A stretch of DNA of 64,000 bases, from the NCBI GenBank assembly GCA_030054835.1, contig JASGVS010000010.1, forward strand, positions 74,276-138,275. Reading direction: 5' to 3'. This stretch comes from Bacillota bacterium. Lineage in GTDB: Bacteria; Bacillota; Limnochordia; Darwinibacteriales; Darwinibacteriaceae. Within the stretch, counting starts at the first letter, position 1. Each line of letters opens with the position of its first letter. The notes beneath the pieces are model-generated. The model was not told the origin of the DNA and ran no database searches. It was given only the letters and a program-made list of their open reading frames with translations. This document shows, in pieces, positions 27,610-37,176 of the stretch. Both the position numbers and the translations under genes were made by a program.

Positions 27610-28503
27610 TCAATACTCCTTTTTGATTGTCTCCCCAATCGACCTGAGGTTTGCGCTGTAATCTTCAGCTAAGGGATCGAGTTTGACAACCTTACCCCCC
27701 ACCGCTTCTGCGATGGCAAACGCGGTGGTGCTGTCATACTGCTCTTCCAAGAAAATGACCTTGATGTCTTCCCTTCTGGCCAGCTCAATCAGCTCTGTCA
27801 GTGTGCGGGCACCGGGCTCCTTACCCTCGCTCTCGATGGGGATCTGCTGGATGTTATAACGATCGAGGAGATAGCCCCAAGCCGGATGGTAGACTATCAG
27901 CTTGTTTGTGGGCAGGGTCTCCAACACTTCTGCCAAGTCCCGATCCAGTTCATCCAATTCGCGCTGAAAAGCGTGGAGGTTTTCCCTGTAGTATTCCTCG
28001 TTTTCCCCGTCTACAGCACTTAAATGCTGGAAAATTGTTTCTGCCTGAATCTTCACCAGAAGGGGATCGAGCCAAATATGGGGATCCTTCTCTCCACTAG
28101 CGTGGGAATGACCGTCATGGCTGGAACCCTCAATTTCCCGCAGGGTGATACCCTGCCTTGTATCCACAATTTTCAGGGAGGGGTTGAGCTCTTGAATCTT
28201 ATCGATTATGGCCTGCTCAAAGGTTACACCGATCCGGAAGTAAAGGGAAGCGTTGGCCAAAGCAGCCATGTCCCGCGGGAGAGGATCAAAGGTGGAGTGA
28301 CTCTGCCCCGGACCGACCAAGACAGATACGTCCACTTTGTCCCCACCGATTTTCTCCACGAAATATTTCTGCGGCAGAATGCTCACAAAAACGTTAAGCC
28401 GCTCCCGTTCCACAACTCCTGTATCAAGAGAAGGGAGATAAAAACGGATAAGGAGGAATGCCGCCGTTGCAATTATCACCAATAGGGGTACGAGTTTTTT
28501 CAT
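27610..28503 (-). CDS. znuA: metal ABC substrate-binding protein (TroA/ZnuA family) with His-rich loop
   Basis: MKKLVPLLVIIATAAFL signal peptide (internal ATG chosen); His-rich insert GSSHDGHSHASGEKDPHIW typical of zinc-specific ZnuA. Confidence 0.7.
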   Translation of the reverse strand: MKKLVPLLVIIATAAFLLIRFYLPSLDTGVVERERLNVFVSILPQKYFVEKIGGDKVDVSVLVGPGQSHSTFDPLPRDMAALANASLYFRIGVTFEQAIIDKIQELNPSLKIVDTRQGITLREIEGSSHDGHSHASGEKDPHIWLDPLLVKIQAETIFQHLSAVDGENEEYYRENLHAFQRELDELDRDLAEVLETLPTNKLIVYHPAWGYLLDRYNIQQIPIESEGKEPGARTLTELIELARREDIKVIFLEEQYDSTTAFAIAEAVGGKVVKLDPLAEDYSANLRSIGETIKKEY

Positions 28504-28513
28504 GGCCACCCTC

Positions 28514-28777
28514 CTAATTCTCAGCGGTGCAGACAATGTGCACTGCCCGGCAGTCCGGGCACTTTTCCAAGGTGTGATTGTGGCGAAACTCCTGCCAGTG
28601 CTCCTGCTGCTCGGGGGTGAGGATCCCCGTTCCCAAACAGAGGGGACAGGTTCCCTCGAGGGCGGCTAAAATGGCGTTGCGGATAAACTCCGAACGGTTG
28701 GGAATGCCTTCCATTGCCTTACTCAACTCTGGATCTACCTTAAAGGAGATGATCTCCCGTTTCTTTTTGCTGCTCAT
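28514..28777 (-). CDS. small ribbon-helix-helix (CopG-like) DNA-binding protein fused to a C-terminal Cys4 (CxxC...CxxC) zinc-ribbon; first gene of znuACB operon
   Basis: ATG at 28777 with GAGGTGG RBS; MSSKKKREIISFKVDPELSKAMEGIPNRSEFIRNAILAAL (beta-strand + two helices) then CPLC...(25 aa)...CPDC..C; stop overlaps znuA start. Confidence 0.6.
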   Translation of the reverse strand: MSSKKKREIISFKVDPELSKAMEGIPNRSEFIRNAILAALEGTCPLCLGTGILTPEQQEHWQEFRHNHTLEKCPDCRAVHIVCTAEN

Positions 28778-28799
28778 AGACTGGTCCACCTCTATAATT

Positions 28800-28845
28800 T
28801 CTTGTAATACCAAGTATTACTTATACAGTAATACAACATATTACC
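28800..28845. promoter_or_regulatory. operator-like array of GTAATAC heptads in alternating orientation in the divergent promoter region
   Basis: GTAATAC(28804-28810) caa GTATTAC(28814-28820) ... GTAATAC(28828-28834) ... aTATTAC(28838-28844); first pair forms perfect 7-3-7 palindrome. Confidence 0.5.
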
Positions 28846-28941
28846 TTTGTCAATCACTAAGTAATTGCCGAACTTGAATTAGGCGGGAAATATGATAACC
28901 TAAACTATGAAGCAAAACGACGGCAGTACAAGGAGGATGGC

Positions 28942-29595
28942 ATGAATCAACGAACTTTCATTTTCTTTGATCTAGATGGAACATTAACCGATCCGGGCGA
29001 AGGCATCATCAATTCCCTTATCTACGCCCTACGCCACTTTGATATTGAAGGGGACCCTGACACTTTGGCCAAATTCATCGGCCCACCCCTCCTCGATTCA
29101 TTCCAGCGATTCTATGGTTTCGATGAGGCAAAGGCTCGCCAGGCAATTAAGGTCTACCGCGAGTACTTCAATGACCACGGTGTGCTGGCAAACTACGAGT
29201 ATCCGGGTATCACCGAACTGCTGCAGGCTCTCACCGACGCAGGCAAACGCCTGGCAGTTGCCACCAGCAAACCGACCATATACGCGGTTCAGGTCTTGGA
29301 ACACTTTAAACTCGACCGGTTTTTCCCCCAGGCATGGATCATCGGTAGTTTCCTTGACGGTACCAGAACGAACAAAGCTGAGTTGATCGCCGAGGCCCTG
29401 CGGGTAACGGGAGCAGTTCCGGAGGATACTGTCATGGTTGGCGACCGCAAGTTCGACATCCTAGGAGCTAAGGCAAACGGCATGGATGCCATAGGTGTGA
29501 CCTACGGCTACGGAGAGGAACAAGAACTAAAGGAAGCAGGCGCACTCCACGTCGTCCACTCAGTTGAAGAGCTGAAAAGCCTACTTCTGGGATAG
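28942..29595 (+). CDS. HAD-superfamily hydrolase (phosphoglycolate phosphatase/PpaX-like)
   Basis: FIFFDLDGTLTD motif I, ...VATSKP... motif II, GDRKFDI motif IV. Confidence 0.75.
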   Translation: MNQRTFIFFDLDGTLTDPGEGIINSLIYALRHFDIEGDPDTLAKFIGPPLLDSFQRFYGFDEAKARQAIKVYREYFNDHGVLANYEYPGITELLQALTDAGKRLAVATSKPTIYAVQVLEHFKLDRFFPQAWIIGSFLDGTRTNKAELIAEALRVTGAVPEDTVMVGDRKFDILGAKANGMDAIGVTYGYGEEQELKEAGALHVVHSVEELKSLLLG

Positions 29596-29637
29596 TATGG
29601 GACTACCAGGATTCTCCCAAAAGTAGATGCAGTGAAG

Positions 29638-29670
29638 GCTCTGCCCAGACGGGCAGGGTCTTTTTTTTGT
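29638..29670 (+). terminator. intrinsic terminator after HAD hydrolase gene
   Basis: CTGCCCagacGGGCAGggtctttttttt. Confidence 0.65.
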
Positions 29671-29680
29671 CACAACCGCC

Positions 29681-29725
29681 TTGACTTTGTTTTGTATAAG
29701 GAATATTATGTATATAGAATACATT
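29681..29725 (+). promoter_or_regulatory. putative promoter (TTGACT-17-TATTAT) with overlapping 5-5-5 palindrome TGTATatagaATACA, candidate MarR operator
   Basis: Sequence immediately upstream of marR-ftsH pair. Confidence 0.4.
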
Positions 29726-29773
29726 ATTTATAGATATTGTTTTTTGGCAATATCAATCAACAAGGAGGCAGGT

Positions 29774-30238
29774 ATGGATATCCGCCAATTTCAAGATTTG
29801 ATGTGGGAACTCTTTCGTTCCATTTCCCACGGTATTAACGGAACGGTGCGTCTCATCGCCGATTCCAAAGGAATCACCATGACCCAGATGCGTATCTTAG
29901 TGGAACTGAAACACCGTGGCGAAAGCCCCGTAGGGGACCTGGCCCTGGCCGTTGACTCGGCACCGGGCAACACTTCTGCCATGTGCAAGACCCTGGAAAA
30001 GAAGGGCCTGGTGAGCAGAACCCGCAATCCGGAAGATGAACGCATCGTCTTGATCAACCTAACCGCATCGGGCAAGAGCCTGCTGGGGGAAATTGATCAA
30101 GCACTGACGGAGACATTCGATCCAGTCTTAGCCCAGTATTCCCCACTAGACTACGAGCAGATTATTACTGGGATAAGAAAACTCGATGACATTATGAACG
30201 ACCTGCGCCACGCTTTTGATCCCAACCAAAGGAGGTAA
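29774..30238 (+). CDS. MarR family transcriptional regulator
   Basis: ATG at 29774 with AAGGAGG RBS; winged-helix MarR pattern (...MTQMRILVELKHRGESPVGDLALAVDSAPGNTSAMCKTLEKKGLVSRTRNPEDERIV...). Confidence 0.75.
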   Translation: MDIRQFQDLMWELFRSISHGINGTVRLIADSKGITMTQMRILVELKHRGESPVGDLALAVDSAPGNTSAMCKTLEKKGLVSRTRNPEDERIVLINLTASGKSLLGEIDQALTETFDPVLAQYSPLDYEQIITGIRKLDDIMNDLRHAFDPNQRR

Positions 30239-30241
30239 GAT

Positions 30242-32068
30242 ATGCCAAAACACAGAAAACCGCCGAAAAGACCCCTACTGATCTATTACATCGGCTCACT
30301 CCTCGTCATTCTCCTCTTCAACATGCTGATTATGCCCTTGATCATGAACGGCCGCTTCGCAGAGGTTGATTACAGCACTTTCCTGCGGGCCATTGAAGAG
30401 AACAGAGTTCAGCAAGTGGAAATGAGCGCTGATACACAGGAGATTAGATATGTAGCTGTCGACAACAACGGCAGACTCCAATCTTATGTAACGGTAGCCA
30501 TGCCTGACCCCAACTTATTGGAAAGGCTTAGCTCCAGTGAAAACGAGATCCGTTTTTCTCGGATCAAACCAACCCAGCCCTCACCCATCATGACGTTCTT
30601 ATTCAGTTTTATCCTTCCCCTATTCATCATCTTCGGTTTAGGCAGATTGTTCTCCAAGCGATTCCAAGCCCGTTGGGAAGGGGCCATGAGTTTTGGTAAG
30701 AGCAACGCTCGGATTTATGTGGAAGCGCAAACGGGTAAGACCTTTGCCGATGTTGCCGGTCAAGACGAAGCCAAGGAAGCACTGCAGGAAATAGTGGATT
30801 TCCTCCACGATCCGGAGAAGTACACGCGTATCGGTGCTACCCTGCCCAAAGGAGCGCTCTTGGTCGGCCCACCGGGTACAGGTAAGACACTCCTGGCCCA
30901 AGCGGTAGCGGGCGAAGCCCAAGTTCCTTTCTTCTCCATTTCCGGTTCGGAGTTTGTGGAGATGTTTGTGGGTGTTGGTGCAGCTAAAGTGAGGGATCTC
31001 TTTAAACAGGCAACCGAAAAGGCACCTTGTATAGTGTTCATCGACGAAATTGATACCATTGGTAAGCGCCGCGGTGAAGGGGGTTTTTCCGGCAACGATG
31101 AGCGGGAACAGACCCTGAACCAACTCCTCACCGAGATGGACGGTTTTGATGGACGCAAGGGTGTAGTGCTCTTAGCCGCTACCAATAGGCCCGAATCTTT
31201 GGATCCCGCCCTGCTCCGTCCGGGACGCTTTGACAGGCGCATTCCAGTCGAGCTTCCCGATCTGGCCGGTAGGATCGCCATCCTAAAGGTTCATGCCGCT
31301 AAGGTAAATATGTCTGAGCATGTGGACTTTGAGGTTATCGCCCGTTCCACCGCCGGCGCGTCCGGTGCAGACCTGGCCAATATTATCAACGAAGCTGCCC
31401 TGCGGGCAGTGCGCATGGGCCGGGATGCTGTGGAGCAGGAAGACTTGGAGGAGAGCGTTGAGGTTGTTATCGCCGGTTACCAGAGAAAAAATGCTGCAAT
31501 CTCACCAAAGGAAAAGGAGCTCATTGCCTACCACGAAATTGGCCATGCCCTGGTGGCAGCCAAACAGACCAACTCCGCTCCGGTGCACAAGATTACCATC
31601 ATCCCCCGCACCTCTGGTGCCCTAGGCTACACGATGCAGGTAGAAGAAGACGAACGCTATCTGCTCACTAAAGAAGAAGCCATGGCTCGCATTGCTACCC
31701 TCACAGGCGGCCGGGCCGCAGAAGAGCTGATCTTTAACTCCAGCACCACCGGTGCAGCCAATGACATTGAAAAGGCGACGAAACTGGCCCGGGCCATGGT
31801 AACTCGCTACGGGATGAGTGAGGAGTTCGGTATGGTCGCCCTGGAAACGGTAACCAATCCCTATCTTGGCGGTGACACAACCCTTACCTGCTCCAGTGAA
31901 ACTGCAGCAGCAGTTGATAAAGCGGTGATCGAGATCATCAGAAAAGCTCATGCAACAGCAGTTAACATCCTCAAGGACAATATGGATAAACTGCACGAAC
32001 TGGCCAGACACCTGTTACAAAAGGAAACGCTCACCGGTGAAGAATTCATGGAGATTCTAAACGGCTAG
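30242..32068 (+). CDS. ftsH: ATP-dependent zinc metalloprotease FtsH
   Basis: N-terminal TM, AAA module (GPPGTGKTLLA, ...DEIDTIG...), HEIGHA zinc-binding motif; 608 aa; starts 4 nt after marR stop. Confidence 0.9.
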   Translation: MPKHRKPPKRPLLIYYIGSLLVILLFNMLIMPLIMNGRFAEVDYSTFLRAIEENRVQQVEMSADTQEIRYVAVDNNGRLQSYVTVAMPDPNLLERLSSSENEIRFSRIKPTQPSPIMTFLFSFILPLFIIFGLGRLFSKRFQARWEGAMSFGKSNARIYVEAQTGKTFADVAGQDEAKEALQEIVDFLHDPEKYTRIGATLPKGALLVGPPGTGKTLLAQAVAGEAQVPFFSISGSEFVEMFVGVGAAKVRDLFKQATEKAPCIVFIDEIDTIGKRRGEGGFSGNDEREQTLNQLLTEMDGFDGRKGVVLLAATNRPESLDPALLRPGRFDRRIPVELPDLAGRIAILKVHAAKVNMSEHVDFEVIARSTAGASGADLANIINEAALRAVRMGRDAVEQEDLEESVEVVIAGYQRKNAAISPKEKELIAYHEIGHALVAAKQTNSAPVHKITIIPRTSGALGYTMQVEEDERYLLTKEEAMARIATLTGGRAAEELIFNSSTTGAANDIEKATKLARAMVTRYGMSEEFGMVALETVTNPYLGGDTTLTCSSETAAAVDKAVIEIIRKAHATAVNILKDNMDKLHELARHLLQKETLTGEEFMEILNG

Positions 32069-32076
32069 ACAAAAAC

Positions 32077-32104
32077 TAAAGCCGCCCTTTCGGGCGGCTT
32101 TGCC
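32077..32104. terminator. bidirectional intrinsic terminator
   Basis: aaaGCCGCCCtttcGGGCGGCtttgcc between convergent ftsH and oxidoreductase genes. Confidence 0.7.
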
Positions 32105-32112
32105 TATCACTG

Positions 32113-33384
32113 TTAGTTTAGTCCGTCGATGTATTCTTCTATGGCAGCTGCAACCTTTTTGGAGAAACTGACTGCCTCTACCACCGTCTTCGCCCCCGTG
32201 ACCACATCACCTGAAGCGAAGATTCCATTTCGGCTCGTGCGGCCGAACTCATCCACCGCAACAAGGCCCCTATCGGTAACGTCAATACCCTTGGTGGACG
32301 AGACAATTACATCCCTAGGTCCCTGACCGATGGCGATTATGGCGGAATCAACTTCCAACAGGCTTTCGGTACCGGGAATGGGTACTACCCGCTGTTTCCC
32401 TTCGCCGTCATCCTCCAGTCTCGTGTCTACCAGGATCACGCCTTCATCTACAAACTCCACCGGATCCTTGTAAAAGAGGAAGTTTGCTCCATCGATCTTG
32501 GCAAATTCCAGTTCAATGTCCCTGGCCGCAACATGCTCTTCGCCCCTGCGGGCTACAACATACACTTCCTCGGCGCCGTGGCGGAAGGCGGTTCGCGCCA
32601 CATCCATGGCCACATTACCTGCTCCGATCACCGCCACTGTCTTACCCAGCCTGTATACACTGGGATTCCGCAAATATTCTATGGCGTAGTGGACATGGCC
32701 CAGGCTTTCGCCCTTCTTATTCATCCGATGGGGTCTCCAAACACCCGTCCCCAAAAAGATGGCCTGATAGCCATCGCGGAACAGATCGTCAACCGTCAAG
32801 GTAGTCCCTATATTGGTGTTGGGCCTGATTTTCACGCCGCTCATAAGCAGCTGATCCATGAGCCGATCCAAAACCCGTTTCGGCAGCCTAAACTCGGGGA
32901 TACCGTAGCGCAGGATCCCGCCGATCTGCTCGTTTGCTTCAAAGATTGTCACATCAAAATCCCGCTGGGAAAGTTGAAAGGCGATGGTGATTCCGGCCGG
33001 GCCTGAACCCACCACTGCCACTCTCCCCCGCTCCCCGGTGGAAACATGCGGTTTATGGATGTTGAGGTAATAATCGGAGATGTATTCTTCAATGGCGCTA
33101 ATCTGAACCGGCGAACCTTTCCGGCCCAAAACGCAGTGCCCCTCACATTGATTCTCTTGGGGGCAGACGTGGCAGCACACTAACGACAAGGGATTATTCT
33201 CAAAAAGAAGCTGGCCTGCCTCTGCGATCCGGCTCTCCAGCAGTAGATGGATGGCCTCGCGGATCGGTGTTGCCACCGGGCACCCCTTGGTACACATGGG
33301 TGTCCGGCACTGAAGGCAGCGCCTAGCATCTTCAATAACGTGTTTGCTCACTGCTTCATTCTCCTCCCTGCTCAGAGAACTCAC
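32113..33384 (-). CDS. glutamate synthase small-subunit-like NAD(P)H-dependent FAD/Fe-S oxidoreductase (GltD/NfnB/SudA family)
   Basis: N-terminal Cys clusters (CLQCRTPMCTKGCP; CHVCPQENQCEGHC), two dinucleotide-binding GxGxxG motifs (VVGSGPAG; VIGAGNVAMD). No partner large-subunit gene adjacent. Confidence 0.7.
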   Translation of the reverse strand: MSSLSREENEAVSKHVIEDARRCLQCRTPMCTKGCPVATPIREAIHLLLESRIAEAGQLLFENNPLSLVCCHVCPQENQCEGHCVLGRKGSPVQISAIEEYISDYYLNIHKPHVSTGERGRVAVVGSGPAGITIAFQLSQRDFDVTIFEANEQIGGILRYGIPEFRLPKRVLDRLMDQLLMSGVKIRPNTNIGTTLTVDDLFRDGYQAIFLGTGVWRPHRMNKKGESLGHVHYAIEYLRNPSVYRLGKTVAVIGAGNVAMDVARTAFRHGAEEVYVVARRGEEHVAARDIELEFAKIDGANFLFYKDPVEFVDEGVILVDTRLEDDGEGKQRVVPIPGTESLLEVDSAIIAIGQGPRDVIVSSTKGIDVTDRGLVAVDEFGRTSRNGIFASGDVVTGAKTVVEAVSFSKKVAAAIEEYIDGLN

Positions 33385-33536
33385 CGCTGAGCTTGCTGAG
33401 CTCCCAGATAATTATAGGGGAGCGAGCCTGGGAAGACAACGGAGTACAAGCAAACTCTTTGTTACAATTTCCTCCAAGCAGGGATGAAACAAAAGATCCG
33501 GAATACTAGAAGGAAAATTTTGGGCTGGGAGGTTGA

Positions 33537-34230
33537 GATCGTGGTCTTAATGGGTTCCTTTGTCAATGCAGCAGCAATTATCTTGGGCACGATACTGGGG
33601 GTGCTGGTACCCGTCCCAGTCCGGATTAGGGAGACAATTGTGCATGCTCTGAGTCTGGCCCTGATCGTGATCGGTGTTTCCATGGGGTTGAAAACCGAAA
33701 ACATCCTGATCCCCGTCATCGCCCTGGCCCTAGGCAGTGCTGCGGGAGAACTCCTCAACATAGAAGGGGGCATCGCCAGGCTTGGCGCAGTGCTCGAACA
33801 GCACTTTGGGCAGAAGGCAGCGAGGGGCAATTCCCCCAACTTCGTCCAGGGTTTTCTCACCGCCACCCTAATCTACTGTGTGGGCGCCATGGCGGTAGTT
33901 GGGGGGCTAAACAGCGGGCTGCAGCTGAATCACCAGGTGCTCTACGCCAAGTCCCTTATTGACGGAATCACGGCCATCTTCTTCACAGCATCCCTGGGCA
34001 TTGGGGTGGGATTTTCCGCCCTGCCCGTTTTTCTCTACCAGGGAGGTATCGCCCTTTTGGCAGCGTTTGTGGCTCCCATCCTGAGTGGGCCTGTCCTATC
34101 GGAACTCACCGCAGTGGGCGGCATGTTGATTATTGGTATAAGCATTAACGTGATGGGACTGGCGAAATTAGCGGTGGGTAACATGCTGCCCGCCATTTTG
34201 TTCGCAATCCTCCTCAGCCTAATATTCTAA
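33537..34230 (+). CDS. DUF554 family membrane protein (YdfK-like)
   Basis: GSFVNAAAIILGTILG N-terminus typical of DUF554; GTG start with GGGAGG RBS preferred over ORF-track start 33484. Confidence 0.6.
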
Positions 34231-34236
34231 AGCGAA

Positions 34237-34881
34237 TCACAGATTGACCGCGGTAAATCTCCGGGCCGAGATGCGGTAGGCCGCCAGCATAGCCAAGGGA
34301 TAGACCCCCAATCCCAACAGGAGAATGGGCAGTTGTTTTACAAGCATGGCCGGTTCAACACTATCAAGCCAGGCAAGACTGGGCAGATGGGCCGCCACCT
34401 CCATTAGAGTGATGACAATCGTAGTGGGTACCACAGCCAAAAGGAACGCCCTCCCTGCTTTATACCCGGTTTTGAAAAACTCGGTCAGAAAGACCAGGTT
34501 GAAGATGGCGTAAGCCATGAGGCCGAAGCCGTAATAGGCCACGTTTGCCTCAATACCTGCCGGGTTGCCGCCGGGGATCAGCCCAACACGTAAAAAGGCG
34601 AAGGGCAGCGAAAGCAGAACCTGGGCTATTTGAGCAACTGCAAAGAGTAGGCATTTGGCCTTAACAATATCCGCCTTTTTTACAGGCAGCAGCGATGTGT
34701 AATACAGGTCATTGGTCTCCCGACCATAGGTCATGGTAATGAATGGGCCGAGGCAGCCGAACATGAAGACCATACCATAGGGATAGGACGGGACAATAAC
34801 CAGGATGCCCATTAGGGTAAACACATACAGATTGGGATGGGCCGCCAAACGCAGTTCTTTGTGTAATAGATTAAACATCAT
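34237..34881 (-). CDS. ABC-2 type exporter permease
   Basis: 214 aa, 6 TM; overlaps ATPase gene stop. Confidence 0.6.
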   Translation of the reverse strand: MMFNLLHKELRLAAHPNLYVFTLMGILVIVPSYPYGMVFMFGCLGPFITMTYGRETNDLYYTSLLPVKKADIVKAKCLLFAVAQIAQVLLSLPFAFLRVGLIPGGNPAGIEANVAYYGFGLMAYAIFNLVFLTEFFKTGYKAGRAFLLAVVPTTIVITLMEVAAHLPSLAWLDSVEPAMLVKQLPILLLGLGVYPLAMLAAYRISARRFTAVNL

Positions 34882-35611
34882 AAACCTTCCTTTCGGTGCG
34901 GATCATGATCTCCTCCAGCGTCAGCTCACCTTCATCGTCTGGCCTTTTTAGATGCTCAAAGGCCCGGATGAATTCCGATTTCTCCGCGCTGCAGAGAAGC
35001 TTGCCAGCTTGGATGTAGGTTATGTCATCGGCACACTTCTCCAAATCGGAAGTGATATGGGTGGAATAGAGAATGCTCCTTTCCCCACTCTGGACCAACT
35101 GCCGGAATAAGCCTAAGAGATCGTCTCTTGCTACGGGATCGAGCCCACTTGTGGGTTCGTCGAAGATCAACAGCTGGGCATTGTGGGATAGAGCCAACGC
35201 CACCATATACTTCACCTTCATTCCCTCCGAGAGTTCATTAACCCGCTTTTCCGGGTTAAGGGAGAACATATCTAAATATCTGGCATAGGCCCCATCATCC
35301 CAACTAGGGTAAAAACGTTTGGTTACGTCTGTGATTTGGTAGAGTCTTTTGTGTTTGTAAAAATCGATACCCCCGAACACAACACCAATATCTTGCTTGC
35401 AGCGCTGTTCATGCCGGAAAAAGTCAACTCCAAACATCTGAACGGAGCCATCGTCGGGTGTGACCAAATTAAGAATGCCTTTAAGGGTAGTGGTCTTACC
35501 TGCTCCGTTCTGGCCGATCAAGCCCATAATTCTTCCCTTACCCAGCCTAAAGTTGATCTTATCCAAGGTGAAGCCAGGATAGTGTTTCGTCAGGTTCTGT
35601 ACAATCAGCAT
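34871..35611 (-). CDS. ABC transporter ATP-binding protein
   Basis: GQNGAGKTTTLK Walker A, LSEGMKVK signature-like. Confidence 0.75.
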   Translation of the reverse strand: MLIVQNLTKHYPGFTLDKINFRLGKGRIMGLIGQNGAGKTTTLKGILNLVTPDDGSVQMFGVDFFRHEQRCKQDIGVVFGGIDFYKHKRLYQITDVTKRFYPSWDDGAYARYLDMFSLNPEKRVNELSEGMKVKYMVALALSHNAQLLIFDEPTSGLDPVARDDLLGLFRQLVQSGERSILYSTHITSDLEKCADDITYIQAGKLLCSAEKSEFIRAFEHLKRPDDEGELTLEEIMIRTERKVYDV

Positions 35612-35614
35612 GTT

Positions 35615-36085
35615 CTACTCTCCCTTCTGCTGGAAAACCTGTTCCACCGCCGCGCCAGTCATCTGCATAAAGGTGGCGCTCTCAATTAGGGCTAGACCAC
35701 GAGTAGCAGGAGTTGTATCTCCTAATACAACTAAGCTGTCGCCTGGCTGAAGGTTGAACGTTTCCCGCGCCTTTTTCGGCAGTACCACTTGGCCCCGCTC
35801 CCCTAATGTGACCACTCCAAAGATGTGTTTATTGCGGGGTGGGATGGGCAGTCCTTCCACTTCAGGATCGTGGCGCACCAAGTCGTTCAGGGACACATCA
35901 AAAAGCTCTGCTAGTGCATCGCAGTTTAAAATGTCTGGGAGTGAATCTCCCCTTTCCCATTTGGCCACCGCCTGCCTGCTTACGCCAATCCGTTCTGCCA
36001 CCTCTTCCTGGGTCATGCCGCTTCGCTGCCGTAGGAAGCGGAGGTTCGCAGCGATGTTACTTCTCGAACTATTCATCTTTTTCAT
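35615..36085 (-). CDS. XRE-family HTH regulator with C-terminal SpoVT/AbrB-type swapped-hairpin domain
   Basis: LRFLRQRSGMTQEEVAERIGVSRQAVAKWERG (HTH_XRE) and GVVTLGERGQVVLPKKARETFNLQPGDSLVVL (AbrB-like). Confidence 0.7.
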   Translation of the reverse strand: MKKMNSSRSNIAANLRFLRQRSGMTQEEVAERIGVSRQAVAKWERGDSLPDILNCDALAELFDVSLNDLVRHDPEVEGLPIPPRNKHIFGVVTLGERGQVVLPKKARETFNLQPGDSLVVLGDTTPATRGLALIESATFMQMTGAAVEQVFQQKGE

Positions 36086-36270
36086 ACCTCCTACACCTAT
36101 ATTACACCCATATCAACCCCGTTGGAAACAACCGAAGCATACTAATTTTGTTAACGTTGGTTGCGTACAAACAAAAACAGAGGACAGCCTGCCCTCTTTG
36201 CAAAACGATTAAAGGAAAAAAGGATGCTCCGGTGAAGTTAGAGTGATGTTTACAGAAAGGGTGGTCTCCC

Positions 36271-37176
36271 GTGCAGCAAATCCCAGGCTATGAGTCATTT
36301 AGTACAATCGAGCCCGTTACCTATGGCTGGTCCCAAGACAGGAAATACTTCATTGAAACCAAAAAAGGCGAAAAGCTGTTTCTACGCCTGGCTGACGTGG
36401 ACCACCTTGACCGGAAGCAGTTTGAGTTCAGTATGTTGGAAAAGGTTGCAGCCTTAGATCTGCCCACTCCCAAACCCGTTGCCTTTGGGCTCAGTGAAGG
36501 GGGCAAAAGCGTCTATTCCCTCTTCACCTGGTGCGAAGGGAAAGACGCGGAGGTTGTCCTATCCACTTTGAACGAGGCCGAGCAGTATGCCCTGGGTGTG
36601 AAAACGGGCCAATACATTAGGAAGATCCATGCCATCCCCGCCCCGATTGGGCAAGAAGCTTGGGAAGTTCGCTTCGGCCGAAAGACACGGGCCAAGTTGG
36701 AGGGCTACTCCAACTGCCCCCTCAAATTTCCCGGTGACAAGCACATAATCGACTACTTAGAAGCAAACTGCGCCCTGTTAGTGGGCCGCCCCCAGTCCTT
36801 TCAACATGGCGATTTCCATGTGGGAAATATGGTGATAGCAGCGGACAAAACCATTTCCATCATCGATTTTAACCGCTGCGATTTCGGCGATCCCTGGGAG
36901 GAATTTAACCGCATTGTGTTCAGTGCCAAGGTCAGCCCCCATTTCGCCAGCGGCCAGCTAAATGGATATTTCGACGGAACTCCTCCGCTCCAGTTTTTCC
37001 GTCTGCTTGCCTTTTACATCGCCAGCAACACGCTCTCAGCCCTACCCTGGGCCATGGCCTTTGGCGATGAAGAAATCAATTCCATGCTTGATCAGGCCGC
37101 AGACGTACTCATCTGGTTTGAGAACATGAGAAACCCCATTCCAAGCTGGTACATTAAACCCTCCCTAATAGAGTAG
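36271..37176 (+). CDS. aminoglycoside-phosphotransferase-fold kinase (APH/choline kinase superfamily), substrate unknown
   Basis: FQHGDFHVGNMV (catalytic HGDxxxxN) and IDFNRCDFGDPWEEF (DFG-like) motifs; GTG start. Confidence 0.65.
   Translation: MQQIPGYESFSTIEPVTYGWSQDRKYFIETKKGEKLFLRLADVDHLDRKQFEFSMLEKVAALDLPTPKPVAFGLSEGGKSVYSLFTWCEGKDAEVVLSTLNEAEQYALGVKTGQYIRKIHAIPAPIGQEAWEVRFGRKTRAKLEGYSNCPLKFPGDKHIIDYLEANCALLVGRPQSFQHGDFHVGNMVIAADKTISIIDFNRCDFGDPWEEFNRIVFSAKVSPHFASGQLNGYFDGTPPLQFFRLLAFYIASNTLSALPWAMAFGDEEINSMLDQAADVLIWFENMRNPIPSWYIKPSLIE

Noticed and set aside
36271-37176. APH-fold kinase as an aminoglycoside or macrolide resistance determinant
   Set aside because: The catalytic motifs define only the broad APH/choline-kinase fold. 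There are no flanking mobile elements or resistance context, and no specific resistance subfamily signature is visible by eye. It is called a generic kinase.
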